Assembly: GCA_040954595.2 (NCBI GenBank)
Contig: CM082591.2
Span: forward strand, 9,289,612-9,353,611
Reading direction: 5' to 3'
DNA length: 64,000 bases
Source: Balanoglossus misakiensis
Taxonomy: Eukaryota; Animalia; Hemichordata
The first letter of the stretch is position 1, and every line of letters starts with the position of its first letter. Under the pieces are notes generated by a model. The model did no database searches and had not been told where the DNA came from. It saw only the letters and a program-made list of their open reading frames with translations. Of the stretch, positions 25,701-35,509 are shown one piece after another. A program made the translations under genes and the position numbers.

Positions 25701-27083
25701 GAAGCATCTGAGGCAATTCACATCTTTGCTACAAATGCAGAAGTTAACAATTGCAATATCACAATGCTACATTCCTTGTGCTCTGATCCTGTATGTATTG
25801 AAGCACAAGATTTTAGTAAGAATACTAAGACTGGGAAACTCCAAAGAAAGGAAGGCCATCACGCCAAGGTGTATAGGACCACTTTACCAAAGACTCTCAC
25901 TCTAGCTAAGGGTGCACGAGTGCAACTGACACAAAATATTGATGTCTCTGATGGATTGGTGAATGGTGTATTTGGATCAGTATGTCACATTGATGTGAAA
26001 CCAAATGAAAGCTTTCCAACTGCTGTTTATGTTGTATTTGACAATGTGAAAGTTGGCCAAGGATTGCGAAACAAGAACCGTGTAAATATATCTGACCTTC
26101 CTGAAAACACCACCCGTATAGAACCTCAGGAAATGTCTGTTGCAAGTAATGGTGGTATTAGGAGACAATTTCCTCTGAAACTAGCATGGGCATGTACAGT
26201 GCATAAGGTACAGGGATTAACAGTTGAAAAAGCTGTTGTCAGTTTAAAGAAGATATTTGCACCAGGACAGGCATATGTTGCATTGAGTCGAGTGACATCA
26301 TTAGACGGGCTAACAATTGATGAATTTAAGACATCTTCTATATATTGCAATGAAAAGGTTCAAGCAGCCTTGGAAATGATGCCAAAGTTTGTTGATGGGT
26401 GCTTTGAGCAATTACAGCCAAACTATAGATGCTCTTTTATACTTCATAATGTTGAAGGTCTTCTGAACCACATGGAAGATATTCGTAGTGGCAAGGAATA
26501 CTTGGAGTCAGACTTTATTTGTTTGACGGAAACATGGCTAACTGAGAACCAGACAAAATGTGATGTGATAGTGAATGGATTTGAATTCAGTCACAAGCCT
26601 CGGTCAAAATCGTATAACAACTTTGATATGAATACTTCACAGTTGCAGTTGCAACATCATGGTGGTGTTGGCCTCTACGTCAAAGGAAGTCAATCTGTTG
26701 AAATTTTGGATTTGCCTGTTAGTAACTTGGAATATCTTACATTTTATGTCAAAGACATCAATACGGTGGTAGCATTAATTTACAGACCATCATCCTATAA
26801 AGCAGTCGCATTCAGGAAAAACCTTCTTCTGTTGGTGAAGGAAATGTCAAAGTATTCAGGTGCTACAGTGATCATGGGTGATTTCAATGAAAATATTTTA
26901 ACCTCATCATCTCTTGTGAAACTCATGGAAGACCATGGTTTCAAACAACACGTGAGCAAACCAACCACAGAAGCTGGTACATTGATTGACCATGTGTATG
27001 TGAAAGGAGCAGGAAAGGTGGAAGTTGACATTGTGCCAAAGTACTTCAGTTTTCATGAAGCCATCAGCATTAAGATCTATTGA
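19800..27083 (+). CDS. Helentron RepHel polyprotein: OTU protease - repeats - Zn finger - HUH Rep - Pif1 helicase - AP endonuclease (2427 aa)
   Basis: OTU: GDGNCLFRALS..WG..E..HFE. Rep: VEFQQRGSPHTH and YIVSYISK. Helicase: GGAGTGKS, IIDEISM, GDFYQLPPV, FPLKLAWACTVHKVQG and GQAYVALSR. APE: HNVEGL, LTETWL, GDFNE and TLIDHVY. The frame is uninterrupted. Confidence 0.95.
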   Translation: MPRSRNWRKKRSQMKEDAALSKNSFDMTEDAALSRNSFDMKEDAALSKNSFDMTEDAALSKNSDVIKEDAALYNLSDNTLRGASLRCSKDQNCETSLRGSNLRCSKGENFETSLRGTNDSRVPANGDIVTCVNGNLQIEKAVDIAHKRNDNECIIQNVTPNEFVFSPVTTTICQELCCKLHIKYGNKVEMLDEIRSVEIGEPCNMKSIIGDGNCLFRALSYAISGSERNHAVMRKAIVNHMIANDSAYFGWLDQDQGYTSVADYIAKSRMNCLTIWGSENEILAAADLLQTNIYVYSSGTWLIHYCNAINKSNVDKGVGIYLNHRNRDHFEIVKSVKTREMVTSDYTHIECDELVSSEGMTNEFHNEADSGSCVPLKSPLDKKGNFHLSDETESVTKGRGKRPAMSERLRKKIRKQKYECNETTAKSCRAISESELYHSNSQYRETKKLKSRQHYHQIRESKKQKMKDLYEQNADYRDAKKTQSRVKYEQNPDLREAKKARIRVNYEQNPDFREAQKARIRLNYEQNPDFREAQKARIRVNYEQNPDFREAQKARIRVNYEQNPDFREAQKACVRVKYEQNTDFREAHKAQMSQQVSQKYHQDVNFRESKKTQSIQRYENDPHYKDNVLKRSRCQMIQNDIDKQNVQHVIANFRNTASEGPNCVCSVCHRRLFRKQVIVCNKDKYYSNRITSDIAVKCISEEYVHECASTCIADCPLKNNAASKLWICFTCHRKLLRGEMPVQAVANNLHVTSVPPELKCLNSLEQHLIALNIPFMKMLALPKGGQNGVHGPVVCVPSDIKKATNILPRNEFDDQMIRVKLKRKLSYKGYYEYQFVNKRHIQNALEYLQTNNQYYSDITFNMNWKNTLEKTEEVISDAESESEKSNTKSNDENNEKTKGNVSDTESNDVSSDTEDNNVSNKDTNGILMDTCLQPIDIGQDILDYHFEDISCVAPAEGNKPVCLLMEKLNEAKCFPVLFPTGSPTFHDDREVRITIGRYLQGRVMNASNRFSKSTDYIFYAQYLSEINQVVSNVSIALRKGTANACGKKVTSDVLSDSESLKQILKSDEGYKFLKPIRGTPPYWQATQKDLFAMIRQLGIPTWFCSFSAADLRWKEVIETILRGEGDVRNAEDLEWSEKCAILRRNPVTAARMFDHRFHCFLREVIMSPANPIGNIKDYFYRVEFQQRGSPHTHCLFWVENAPKVDRDTDEDVVDFVDRYVTCQMPSVEEDEELQEIVNKVQKHSSRHSKSCKKKGTRCRFNFPRPPSKKTFICRPDIDIEMTGEGEKSNLDDDTATLEEKCQSDTTQLIENVMSQMAARNILEKVWTCLHDKEKQIDSVDSLFNEVSISQEMFEKAHAILARKTSVVLKREPNDIWVNQYNSNLLRCWDANMDIQFVVDAYACVVYIVSYISKAEREMGLLLENAQREANKEGNVDAKSALKQLGSVYLHNREVSAQEAVYRLCGLKLKQSSRKVQFIPTGETPIKMSLPLSVIRSKMTGDDLNEDDIWYNSIVDRYKNRPNDDEFDDMCLATFCSEYRIVSKSEVTNTTTEKRANPIVKLENGAGYMQKRSRTDPAVIRYARFSVTKFPEKYYRTMLELFLPHWVDSQLKPNGFETYENFYSAGAVKCGSASIQTVKVIVDANKAMFEKEADAVDLAEELLEGSGPLEDAWAQICPESEIDRLECIDERQQLPDDDVNEEDIPDLVHKPKGDCHIEISTSEVRRADVQAMCRSLNRKQAEVFYNVRQWCLDKSNGKNPEPLYLFVSGGAGTGKSHLIKTIYHEAKRILSRVMANPDEKSIQVTASTGVAAFNVGGETLHHAFSIAVDSKLPYEPLREEKLNTLRSKLGNLQILIIDEISMVDRKLFHYVHGRLRQIKQTPSGSPFGNVCVIAVGDFYQLPPVKASPLCVENDAINMWNSFKIVELTEIMRQKDCAFAEALNRVRIHKKGHTLSANDLVMFNNRVTGEASEAIHIFATNAEVNNCNITMLHSLCSDPVCIEAQDFSKNTKTGKLQRKEGHHAKVYRTTLPKTLTLAKGARVQLTQNIDVSDGLVNGVFGSVCHIDVKPNESFPTAVYVVFDNVKVGQGLRNKNRVNISDLPENTTRIEPQEMSVASNGGIRRQFPLKLAWACTVHKVQGLTVEKAVVSLKKIFAPGQAYVALSRVTSLDGLTIDEFKTSSIYCNEKVQAALEMMPKFVDGCFEQLQPNYRCSFILHNVEGLLNHMEDIRSGKEYLESDFICLTETWLTENQTKCDVIVNGFEFSHKPRSKSYNNFDMNTSQLQLQHHGGVGLYVKGSQSVEILDLPVSNLEYLTFYVKDINTVVALIYRPSSYKAVAFRKNLLLLVKEMSKYSGATVIMGDFNENILTSSSLVKLMEDHGFKQHVSKPTTEAGTLIDHVYVKGAGKVEVDIVPKYFSFHEAISIKIY
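19838..20015 (+). repeat. in-frame 39 bp tandem repeat ((K/T)EDAALS(K/R)NSFDM, about 4.5 units)
   Basis: Visible in both DNA and protein. Confidence 0.9.
21207..21570 (+). repeat. in-frame 54 bp tandem repeat (YEQNPDFREAQKARIRVN, about 7 units)
   Basis: Visible in both DNA and protein; for example TACGAACAAAATCC recurs at 21315 and 21369. Confidence 0.9.
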
Positions 27084-27159
27084 AAGACTCATTGTAATAT
27101 CTACAATGTTTGACCAAACATGGTGATCTGAGAAGCAAATTTAATACAAGTGAGGTACC

Positions 27160-27517
27160 AGTGAATGGATTGAAATTCAATCACCAGCCTCTGTGCAAAT
27201 CATTAATACGGTGGTAGCAGTAATTTAAGACCACCATCATATAAAGCAGAAGTGTTCAGGAAAAACTTACTTCTGTTGATGAAAGGAAATGTAAATGTAT
27301 CCAGGTGCTTCAGTGATCATGGGTGACATCAATGAAAATATTTAAATCATCTCTTGTCAATATAATGCAAGACCTTGGTTTCAAGCAACATTTGAGCAAT
27401 CTAACTACAGAAGCTTGTACATTGATTGACCATGTGTATGTGAAAGGAACAGAAAATATTGGAGTTGAAATACTGCCAAAGTACTTCTGTCAGTTTACAT
27501 TAAGCCATCAGCATTAA
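27160..27517 (+). pseudogene. degenerate tandem duplicate of the Helentron AP-endonuclease coding region
   Basis: Matches about 26570-26610 and 26757-27075 (for example ..LTTEACTLIDHVYVKG..), with an internal deletion and frameshifts. Confidence 0.85.
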
Positions 27518-30500
27518 CATCATTAAGGCATTATGCATATAGTAATTAAAACCCGTGTTACATACAACTGGTGGGAGGGATAATGGGGTTTGAGACTTAC
27601 GGGTCCCCATTTGGGAATTGTTGGGGTGGGGGGGGGGGGGGGTTGTAAACAAATTAATATGTTACTCTTAGGTTACCCTGGTGCTAATTGTCACATTTGA
27701 TATCAAGCTGTCACTGTTTTTGTGTGATGGGAGACTAATATTTGATTGTCTATCATTTCAGAGCCATTTGTTTGACATGGCTGCAATGATTTCATTGAAA
27801 TGACATGTTCACATGCAATCATTTACATGTATCATCATTATAGTGACATGATATTATCATGTTGTAGGTCATTGTGCACACATACCTGCTTATTGATGTA
27901 TATTAAAGCACACCAATTTATAACGTGCTACAAAAAAAGAAGTCAGTGGTGGCCGTTTATGATTTCTGATGCATGACATGACTTTTATTTGACTATACCC
28001 AAAATGTTATGGGTGTGACCATGTTGTTGTGATGTTATCCATTAAATGCACCCGACTGTCATTTCTTGATGATTTTATTTATTCCAGTACTGTCAATTGA
28101 GATATGTATTTCACCTGATTTCATCAAAACTCACAGTTTTAGTCCTACATGAATGTATGTCATAATTCCAACCTGACACTTTGTTACTGTAATTAACAGA
28201 CAATATATGATATCAAAAGTGTGAGTAATAACAGTCCCAAAAGCCTTGTTTGCATTACTGCTTACACAGTGTTCTCCACAGGATTTTGGGAAAGTTAGGT
28301 GGATAATATCCATAACAATGTAATCATTATGTTAGTGATATTGCTTTCTCAAAATTTAAGAATAAGAGTGGTAGCCACCATGCTTTAATTGTTCTTTGGA
28401 GAACACTGTGCTGGCATATTTCACCCATCATCTGATCCTATATGTATACAGACAACAACATTTGGAATATGTGCAGATTCCAATATCCATGTGCATACTA
28501 GAATGAGTGTGTACTCATACAATGCGGGACTGCAGAATAGATGGATGTAGCATATGTTAATGATTCAAGTTAGTCATATTTATTATGCAGCCTGAATCAG
28601 AGGTTCACACTATGTTTTATGTAAATACCCATCAGTAAGGTTTATTTAAAGAAACCATTGTACGTGTCAAGTTAATAATGAGAAATTTGGCAAAATTGCA
28701 AAAAATATAGTAAAGCTTGAATGAAAGATTTCAATCATGTACCAAAGCATTTTCATTCTGTTGACAATGAAATGGAAGTTTGTAAATGGTGCATTGAAAA
28801 TTCTCTAGGAAGAAGGTTAATTTAAGTATGATTACACAACTTAATATTTCTAATTGATGTTTTATTACACTGTATGTAAAGTACCATTGGGGGAAATGTG
28901 TAAAACATTGATTTATAATTGGAAAAACATTAGCACCAGGGTAGCCTAGGTTTATCAATGTTCAATTCCATTTTGTAAATGTTTGAAATATATTTTTATC
29001 TATTTTCACTATGTTATCTACAGAATGACTACATATTACCACTGTCTACTTTTGTGTCTCTGAGGCTGTCATGAATGGCTTAACACACTGAAGTTAAAAT
29101 CATTATACAGACATTTGTGAAGCGATTTTAATAACCTGTCTGAAGTATAGTACCGTATGGTGTTTTATAGAATAAAACAAAAACCAATGTCCCCATATGA
29201 CGTTTGCTTTCAGAAAACAATACAAATTGCCCATCTGAGACTTAATTTTTAGGGGTACACGCACCAAGTAAAACATCCTATGAATGGCAATCCCAAAATT
29301 ATCCTTGATATCTGGTATTCAGACTTGTATTCTGTGAATCATCATTGCTATATACATGTATGTACTAACAACATGCTTTAACTGCAGTAGCAATAACTGA
29401 ACCAGTGTGAATAAATCAAACACTGTACACTGAAATATCTCACTATCGCTTTAATCGCAAACATTTAGTATGAGCTTGGTTATTGACAGATCCAAAGTAA
29501 CCCACCAACACTGACACTATCAGTTTTGCATCACGGGCATGTCATTAATTATTTACTTTTTATGTCATATTTGATTTGTTAGAGAAATACCAAACGTAGT
29601 AGACAAGGACATCAACTTTCATAAAATGTGTTCCTATTAGTACTACAGTATAAATATCTGAATTATTTTAAAAATAGTCACAGCACTTATTGGAAGAACT
29701 TATGTAACTGTATTCATACCTTGATGTTTAAATTATTGTCATTGGTTTATGTTTATTTCCATATGCTATTATTGTCAATAGGTGATTTATATGTTCACGT
29801 GACCTGCACTGACCCATACATATACTTAGAATACCAAATGTATTGGGAGACAGGTGTGTTCAATAATTATGGCTTTAACATTCATGTAACACTATCCCTA
29901 GTAAGTATACAGATCTTAGTGGTCTTGTTTGTTAGAGAGCTAACAATGGGCTACGTTAATGATAGCCACACTCCAATCAGATAAAGAATTGTTTTCCAGA
30001 AGATGTCACCTGTTATCACCAAACCATGATTTACTTTTCTAGTGTCAGGCGATGATTTGATAAGTTGAACAGTTTCCAGAAGGACCATTGTAGTGCACTG
30101 ACACCAGCAAAATGATTTCATAAGATTTCATGGAAGTTTGAATGACTGGGTTCTTCCCATTTGCATATTGATATGTTCACACCTGGTATTTACTACTTAG
30201 GTGAAGTTGATGATGGCGTCTGATGAACTTAAGTGCAAACAATAGAAATTTTAATACACAGTTCAAGCAGGTCAATCAGTTCTGGCTACCTTTATGTGGA
30301 AATTGTCAGTTGACTTTCACAACTCACTGGGAGTGCCTACAAGACTGAACTCTACTTGTTTTCTGTGTCACTCCAATCTATTCACTACTACACGACCAGC
30401 TCAGCAAAACTAGGAACAGTTCACTCTTCAGCAAATCCATTATACAGGGGATGCCACTTCAGCAACATTGCAATCTGTGTAGACCTACCAACCTGTTGTA

Positions 30501-32302
30501 TTCATCACATTCGCGCATCCACCTAGTCCTATGCACCTCTGAGAATCTCTATATTAAGAATATCTATGCCTGTACATATATAGAGTGTCTACTGTGTAGA
30601 CACGGGAGGAATATTTTATACTACGGTAATTATTGTACTTGTAAGCTTTGTGTGTATTGGTGTCATGTATTTATATATATTTTTCTGTCGGCCTGGAGCC
30701 TGATTCAAATCAACCCAAACAATACGAAAAGGAAAAATAAAAAATAACTGATTTATTTTTTGAGTCAAAGTGTAAGACTTCATTAGGTGTTCAATGCCTC
30801 CAATTGCCAAGGCTGTATCTGCTGTGGATGCCAAGATATGTGAAAGTAAGTCAAAGGTCAGCAAAGGTCACCCGAAATTTTACTGGTCCATGTCCAGCAA
30901 AAAACGTACCTCTACCTACTATTTAGCCTTTAATTAGATATGTGCTAATTAATGAGGTCAGGTGTAAGACTCCATTAGGTGTTCAATCCCTCCCAAATGC
31001 CAAGGCTGTATGTGCTCTGGATGCTGTGATATGGGAAAGAAGGTCAAAAGTCTCCTGAGGTAACCAGCGAATACCAAGGCTGTATCTGCTGTGGATACCG
31101 AGATATGGGAAAGTAGGTCAAACATCACATGAGGTCAGCCAAAATTTGGGCTTAAATTTTTTACCCCAGAATGGTCTATGTCCAACAAAAACTAAACCTC
31201 CAACCCGATTGGTTAGCTTGGAATTAGATATGCAGAAAAATGATGTATCGGAAATAGGCCCAACAAAAACCAGACCCCTAGCTCTATTGGTTCGCCTAGA
31301 ATTAGGTATGTGCATAATTAATGAGGTCTTGTGTAAGACTCCATATGTGCTCCATCGCCCCCCAAAAGCCAGGACTCTAACTGCTGTGGATGCTGAGATA
31401 TGGGAAAGTAGATCAAAGGTCATCCAAGGTCACCCAAAATTTGGGCATAATATTTTGACCCAAGAGTGGGCCATGTCCAACTAAAACCAGACCTCTAGCC
31501 CTATTGGTTAGCCTGGAATTAGATATGCAGAAAAATGATGTTTCAGAAATAGGTCAAGGGTCATTGCCAAAATTACCAAAATATTTGTGTCATGTCCTGG
31601 CAGCATTGGTACATATGTCCACAAAATTCATGACTGTGGTGCTTTGACAAGAGGAGGTATGGGGAATATGCATATATAATTAGTTGTTTTAAAACTGGGT
31701 CAAAGGTCATGTGAAAATTGCCCCCAAAAATTTTGACAACTTCCGGTCATATGATGACTCATATCCAAAAAAAGAATTTCCGTGCTGTCAACATTTTGGC
31801 TACAAAACGGAATTTTCATTTTTCAATGGTTTTCCGATAATCCAACATGGCCGCCATAATGATCGACCAATCACAGTGCGCTTCGCAAACTTGATAGACA
31901 TAGGATAGGTGACCACATACCCCGAATCCCGTAACTCGGCAATGGCTGGTTCTGGAGAAGAAGATTTTTAAAGTTTTAAGTAGTTTTTCAGAAAAACAAT
32001 TGTAGCAAAAAAACTGTATGTGTGACATCATGATTTCAATGGGGTAAAATGATGGACAGAAGGTAGGCTACCTGCACACCAAATTTGAACTCGATCGGCC
32101 CAGCAGTTTTTGAGAAGGACTCGTTTAACGATTTTCAGGAAATCCAATATGGCCGCCAGGTCACGTGACTAATTAAATATTCACGAGCCACTGCACGTCT
32201 ACACATTGGCCCCTATCACCCTACCAAGTTTTAGCCCCCTAGGTGCAGCGGTTTTCCAGATCTACCTGGCCGAATTTCTCGGAAGAAGAAGAATAATAAT
32301 AA

Positions 32303-33767
32303 TTAAAGCTGCAAGCAGCATTGTCCGGGCCCAAGCTCTTTTATCTGATCAGATTATTAGATATGCACATAATTAATGAGTAGAAACATAATGCTGTGTT
32401 TTATCCCATGAAATATCAAGGTTATATCTATGTTTGGTGCTGATATAGTGTTAAGTAGGTCAAAGGTCATCTGAGGTCACCCAAAATTTGGGCAGAAAAT
32501 GTTGACCCATAGTGGTCCATGTCCAACAAAAACCAGACCTCTAGCCCTTTTGGTTAGCCCGGAATTAGGTATGCACATAAATAATGAGTTAAGCAGGTGT
32601 CACAGGTGACCAGAAACTTTGGCTTTTCATTATGGCCCCATACCTCCAAACGCCAAGGCTGTATCTGCTGTGGATGTCGAGATATGTAAAACTAGGTCAA
32701 AGGTCACCCGAGGTCACCCAACATTTGGGCAAAAATTTTTGACCCAATACTGGTCCATGTCCAACAGAAACCAATCCTCTAGGTCTATTGGTTCATCTGT
32801 AATTAGGTATGCACATATTTAATGAGGTCAGCAGAGGTCAAAGGGGTCATGAAAAGTAGCGAAATTTTTTGATCACATACAAATCCACATACATCAAAAA
32901 CCAAAATGATAGCCCTATAGGTTAGCCTGGAATTAGATATGCAGAAAAAACGATGTGTCAAAAGTAGGTCAAAGGTCATTGCCAAAATTACCAAAATATT
33001 TGGGGTAGGTCCTGGCAGGGGTGATACCAATGTGCACAAAAATCAGAACTCTGGTACATTTAGAACAGGTAGTATGAGCTATATATGCATATATGCAGGT
33101 TCTTAAAAAAGTAGGTCAAAGGTCATGTGAAAATTGCCAAAAAATTTGCAACATATTCTAGTCATATCACGACTCATATCCATAAAAAGAATTTGTATGC
33201 TATCTATTTTTAGACTAGAAAAATGATTTCTTAATTTTCGCTGGTTTTTACAAAATCCAATATGGCCGCCATAATCTTCGACCAATCACAACGCTCTTCG
33301 CAAACTTGATAGACATCAGTTAGGTGATGTCATACCCTAAATCCCATGACTCGGTTATTGCCGGTTCTGGAGAAGAAGATTTTTGAAGATTTTACTGTAC
33401 TTTTTCGAAAATCCAATATGGCGGCCAAAGTCACGTGACCGCTCAGGATTTTATTGTCAAACTTTAAAGGGCAGAGGACATGTGTACCATACACCAAATT
33501 TGAACTTGATTGGCCCTGTGGTTTTTGAGAAGAAGCCATTTAAAGATTTTCAGAAAATCCAATATGGCCGCCAGGTCACGTGACTAATTAAATATTCACA
33601 AGCCACTGCACATCTACTCATTGACCTTGACCACTGTAGCAAGTTTGAGAAGTGTACCTGTAGCCGTTTCAGAGATCTAGGAGAGCAAAGATTGACATAA
33701 GAATAAAGAAAGAAAAACTCCAACGAAACCAATACGGGCCCAAGCCTGGCTTGGCTTGGGCCCGTAA
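32303..33767. mobile_element. Helentron non-autonomous copy B3, complete (~1.46 kb), nested in A3
   Basis: B-type left end follows (GAA)n(AAT)n at 32303; B-type hairpin at 33733-33766. Confidence 0.85.
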
Positions 33768-34438
33768 TAATAAAGAAAAATTCCAACAATACCAATAGGG
33801 GCACAAGCCCGATAGGCTTGTGCCCCTAATAAAGAAATATTCCAACAATACCAATAGGGGCACAAGCCCGATAGGCTTGTGCCCCTAATAAAGAAGAAAT
33901 ATTCCAACAATACCAATAGGGGCACAAGCCCGATAGGCTTGTGCCCCTAAAAAAGTGTCCAACAGGGGTCGCGACCTCTTTACCGTAATTTGCGAAGACA
34001 CAAGAGACGCTCGTTTTCAAACCCAACCGTAGGCTTATCGAAACACAAACAATGTAGCAGCACGATGTGATAGGGGTGTGTGCGTAAACGTATCACCATT
34101 GAAGCGCATCATAGACGACTTTCCTGAAGTGGAAGATCGCGATTATTTATGCTTGCCAAGGTGTTACGGCAAGAGCTCGACGACGCTGTGTAGCGTTTGT
34201 CTGCGATAAGACGCAAGAATGTTGGGAAAGTAACGTACTTTTCCGTGCGCTAATTACCATGACCACGTTGACCGGTAGTGCGTGGCGGTCCGGTTATGCA
34301 AATGAAACTTTAGACATGTTAAAACTGTATTTCGCAACGCATGCTTAGAATAGGGTTGTACAAGTTAGTGTATGCGACAAATCCCACATCGTGAAAGCAT
34401 CTTCAAACGGAACACCACAAACTTCAATATCATTCAAA

Positions 34439-35509
34439 ATGCCGCTCCAGCGAAATCAAATATTGCTTCTCATATCTTGTATCCGAAGTATGATGGTGAT
34501 ATTGTCTGTAGTCTCCGTGGTCATCCATCTCCCAATGTATTCTGAAGAACGGGAAGTGTATCATCTAGCGCAGTTGGTTGATGATCTGTCGTTTATCCAG
34601 ATCTTGACACGTCTGTTGTGTGACATCCTGCGTCCACCTTTACGACGACCACCAACCATATACAACCTGCTTTTTTTCTCAAACGATGATGGTATTGGCC
34701 GAGGTAATGGCGTAGATGTTTGGACATCATTACAAGGACGTCCTCGCCATTTCTGGATGTTAACTGGAGAAACCATTCAATCGATGGAAGCTAGTATACA
34801 TGACCTGGAACCGAATCTACGTCGTCATCCTGCCATGGATTAAAGAAATCGTTTTCTTCTCACTTTTATTTGGCTACGGCATTATCCTACTCTAGACTTA
34901 CTAGCAGCGTGGTTTGGGGTAAGCAACACGACTATTCATAGAGAAATATGTCACCTTCTCTCATTAATTTGGCATTACTTTCGACGTAGCGTCCGCTGGC
35001 CATCGTTGGAACGCTTTGGACAACTACGTGGACAATGGGAACATTTTCCTAATGCCGTAGCTACAATCGATGGTACTCTACATGAAATATATCGTCCCGA
35101 AGTTGAAGAACAGCATAACTTTTACAGTGGATACGCTCGTCATCATGCAATGAGCACCCAAGTTATTGTGGACAATCAATGTAACATTATTTTCATTCAG
35201 TCGGGATTTCTGGGACATGCTAATGATGCCATGCAGTACAGATTGTTACCATCGATAGGGTTGAAAGGTGAATTGCAGATTCCACGAGATGTATATTTTT
35301 GAGCTGACCAAGGATACCCAAATATGTATCCGCTATTAACGAGATTTCCAACCCGTGAGTTGCGTGGTCCGTACCGCCCAAAGATGCTCGTATTCAATAG
35401 AGAATTTAATTTTGCCCGAGTTTATGTTGAACATGCCATAAAATATATGAAAACTTATAGGGCAATTAATTCTGTTTATCGGCACCCACGTTGGCTAATG
35501 CCGATTATT
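34439..35509 (+). pseudogene. PIF/Harbinger (DDE_Tnp_4, HARBI1-like) transposase remnant
   Basis: One frame with stops at 34841 and 35300. It encodes an HTH (FIWLRHYPT..LAAWFGVS) and DDE motifs TIDGT, YSG, GHAND, ADQGY and RVYVEHAI. The 3' end is cut off by the foldback element. Confidence 0.85.

Larger units (their letters stand above)
15073..33830 (+). mobile_element. autonomous Helentron (Helitron2/HLE2) copy A3, containing B3
   Basis: A-type left end at 15073 and the Rep/helicase ORF at 19800-27083. Region 30770-32302 is homologous to the A1/A2 bodies, and an A-type hairpin lies at 33796-33828. Confidence 0.9.
11208..33889. mobile_element. Helentron non-autonomous copy A2 nested in A1 (body 11208-12426; right hairpin 33855-33887)
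   Basis: An A-type left end follows the (GAA)n(AAT)n tract of A1, and the body is closely similar to the A1 body. Confidence 0.8.
9521..33950. mobile_element. Helentron non-autonomous copy A1 (outermost; own sequence 9521-11207 plus about 33890-33950)
   Basis: Left end TTAAAGCTGCAAGCAGC (short stem-loop) followed by GGGGCACAAGC. Right end is the hairpin TAGGGGCACAAGCC-CGATA-GGCTTGTGCCCCTA at 33917-33949. Confidence 0.85.

Noticed and set aside
27520-30760. Second gene or captured exons in the Helentron 3' region
   Set aside because: Only short low-complexity ORFs are present, with no recognisable motif or consistent exon chain.
33714-33950. CRISPR-like array of ~55-60 bp hairpin repeats
   Set aside because: There are no unique spacers or cas genes and the context is eukaryotic. 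The repeats are the stacked right ends of nested Helentrons and match the left ends in number and type.
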